A stretch of DNA of 64,000 bases from NCBI GenBank assembly GCA_964106915.2, contig OZ066919.1, one strand, 5' to 3'. The DNA comes from Podarcis gaigeae (taxonomy: Eukaryota). Position numbers and translations under genes: made by a program. This document shows, piece after piece, positions 62,640 through 64,000 of this stretch. The notes below the pieces were generated by a model. It was given only the letters and a program-made list of their open reading frames with translations. It had not been told where the DNA came from and searched no databases. Each line of letters starts with the position of its first letter. The first letter of the stretch is position 1.

Positions 62640-63860
62640 AAGCATCCATGGCAGATGGCCATCCAACCTCTGCTTAAAACCTCCAAGGAAGGAGAGTCAA
62701 CAACCTCCTGAGGGAGTCCATTCCACTGTTGAACAGCTCCTACCATCAGAAAGTTCTTCCTGAAGTTTAATTAGAATCACCTTTCTTGTATTGAAACCAT
62801 TGGTTCGGGTCCAACCCTCCAGAGCAGGAAAAAAACAATCTTGTTCCATCTTTCATGTGATACCCCTTTAGATATTTGAAGATGGCTATCATATCTCCAC
62901 TGGATCATGGCCACTGGTCCCAACACCTCCTGGCAAATAGAAGGGGAAGAAATGGAGGCAGTGAGAAATTTTACTTTCTTGTTGCTCCATGATCACTGCA
63001 GATGGTGACAGCAGTCACAAAATTAAAAGACGCCTGCTTCTTGGCAGAAAAGCAATGTCAAACCTAGACAGCATCTTATGAAGCGGAGACATCGCCTTGC
63101 CGACAAAGGTCTGTATAGTTAAAGCTATGGTTTTCCCAGTAGTGATGTATGGAAGTGAGAGCTGGACCATAAAGAAGGCTGATTGCTGAAGAATTGATGC
63201 TTTTGAATTATGGTGCTGGAGGAGACTCTTGAGAGTCCCATGGACTGCAAGAAGATCAAAACCTATTGATTCTTAAAGAAATCAGCCCTGAGTGCTCACT
63301 GGAAGGACAGATCCTGAAGCTGAGGCTCCAGTACTTTGGCCACCTCATGAGAAGAGAAGACTCCCTGGAAAAGACCCTGATGTTGGGAAAGATTGAGGGC
63401 ACAAGGAGAAGGGGACGAGATGGTTGGACAGTGTTCTCGAAGCTACCAACATGAGTTTGACCAAACTGCGGGAGGCAGTGGAAGACAGGCGTGCCTGGCA
63501 TGCTCTTATCCATGGGGTCATTAAGAGTTGGACACGACTAATTGACTAAGCAACAAAATCATATCTCCTCTCAGCCTCCTCTCTTCCAGGCTAAACATAC
63601 CTAACTTCCTCCACCTTACCTCATAATGCTTGCTTTCCAGATCCATGATCATTTTGGTCCCCCTCCTCTGCACACATTTCAGCTTGTCAATATCCTTCTT
63701 AAAATTGTGGTGCCCAGAACTGGACACAGTACTCCAGGCCTTCCCTTGATAAGGTCATTGTACTTTCATTGATGCAGCCAAGAATAGCATTAGCCTTTTT
63801 TGTTGCTGCATCACACTGTTGAGTCATGTTAAGTGTGTGGTCTACTAAGATCCCTAGATT
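62640..63860 (-). mobile_element. CR1 LINE 3' fragment, interrupted by Bov-B
   Basis: Translates to LNMTQQCDAATKKANAILGCIN, LEYCVQFWAPQF, KLKCVQRRGTKMI...LGMFSLEERRLRGDMI, typical CR1 ORF2 C-terminus. Confidence 0.88.
62902..63557 (+). mobile_element. Bov-B LINE, 5'-truncated
   Basis: ILKEISPECSLEGQILKLRLQYFGHLMRREDSLEKTLMLGKIEG; TSD atcatatctccact / atcatatctcctct at 62888-62901 and 63558-63571. Confidence 0.92.
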
Positions 63861-64000
63861 CGGGAACTGATGACAAGTAATGGGAGGAGGAAGTGATGGG
63901 CCAAGGTACAATTAGGATAGTTCAGTGAATGTTTTCTTTTCTTTTTAAAAAGGATCTTGATAAAGTAGGTGTTGTCTATGTAGATGCTGCTGAACATGTC

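Overview
Vertebrate genomic DNA from a squamate, most likely a lacertid lizard, judged from its Sauria/Squam SINEs, Bov-B, L2 and CR1 content. The only supportable protein-coding gene is the single-exon large-Maf bZIP transcription factor MAFB (27620-28594, +). It has a TATA/GC-box CpG-island promoter, a long ATG-free 5' leader and a ~2.5 kb 3' UTR with recognisable conserved blocks. It sits in a ~22 kb CpG-rich, LINE-poor domain (about 18.6-40.6 kb) inside a gene desert. The flanks hold transposon relics (L2, CR1, L1-type, Bov-B/RTE LINEs, several SINE families, hAT and Tc1/mariner MITEs, often nested with readable TSDs), microsatellites, candidate enhancers and four assembly gaps. Other listed ORFs are TE fragments or chance/shadow frames. 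I see no clear new multi-gene system. The best leads are a possible c-MAF-like alternative splice of MAFB from a donor overlapping the stop codon, two SINEs with different tRNA heads on one CR1 tail, a bipartite RTE-derived element, and dense palindromic micro-MITE relics around the gene. Family names and cross-species similarities are from recall and were not checked by search.
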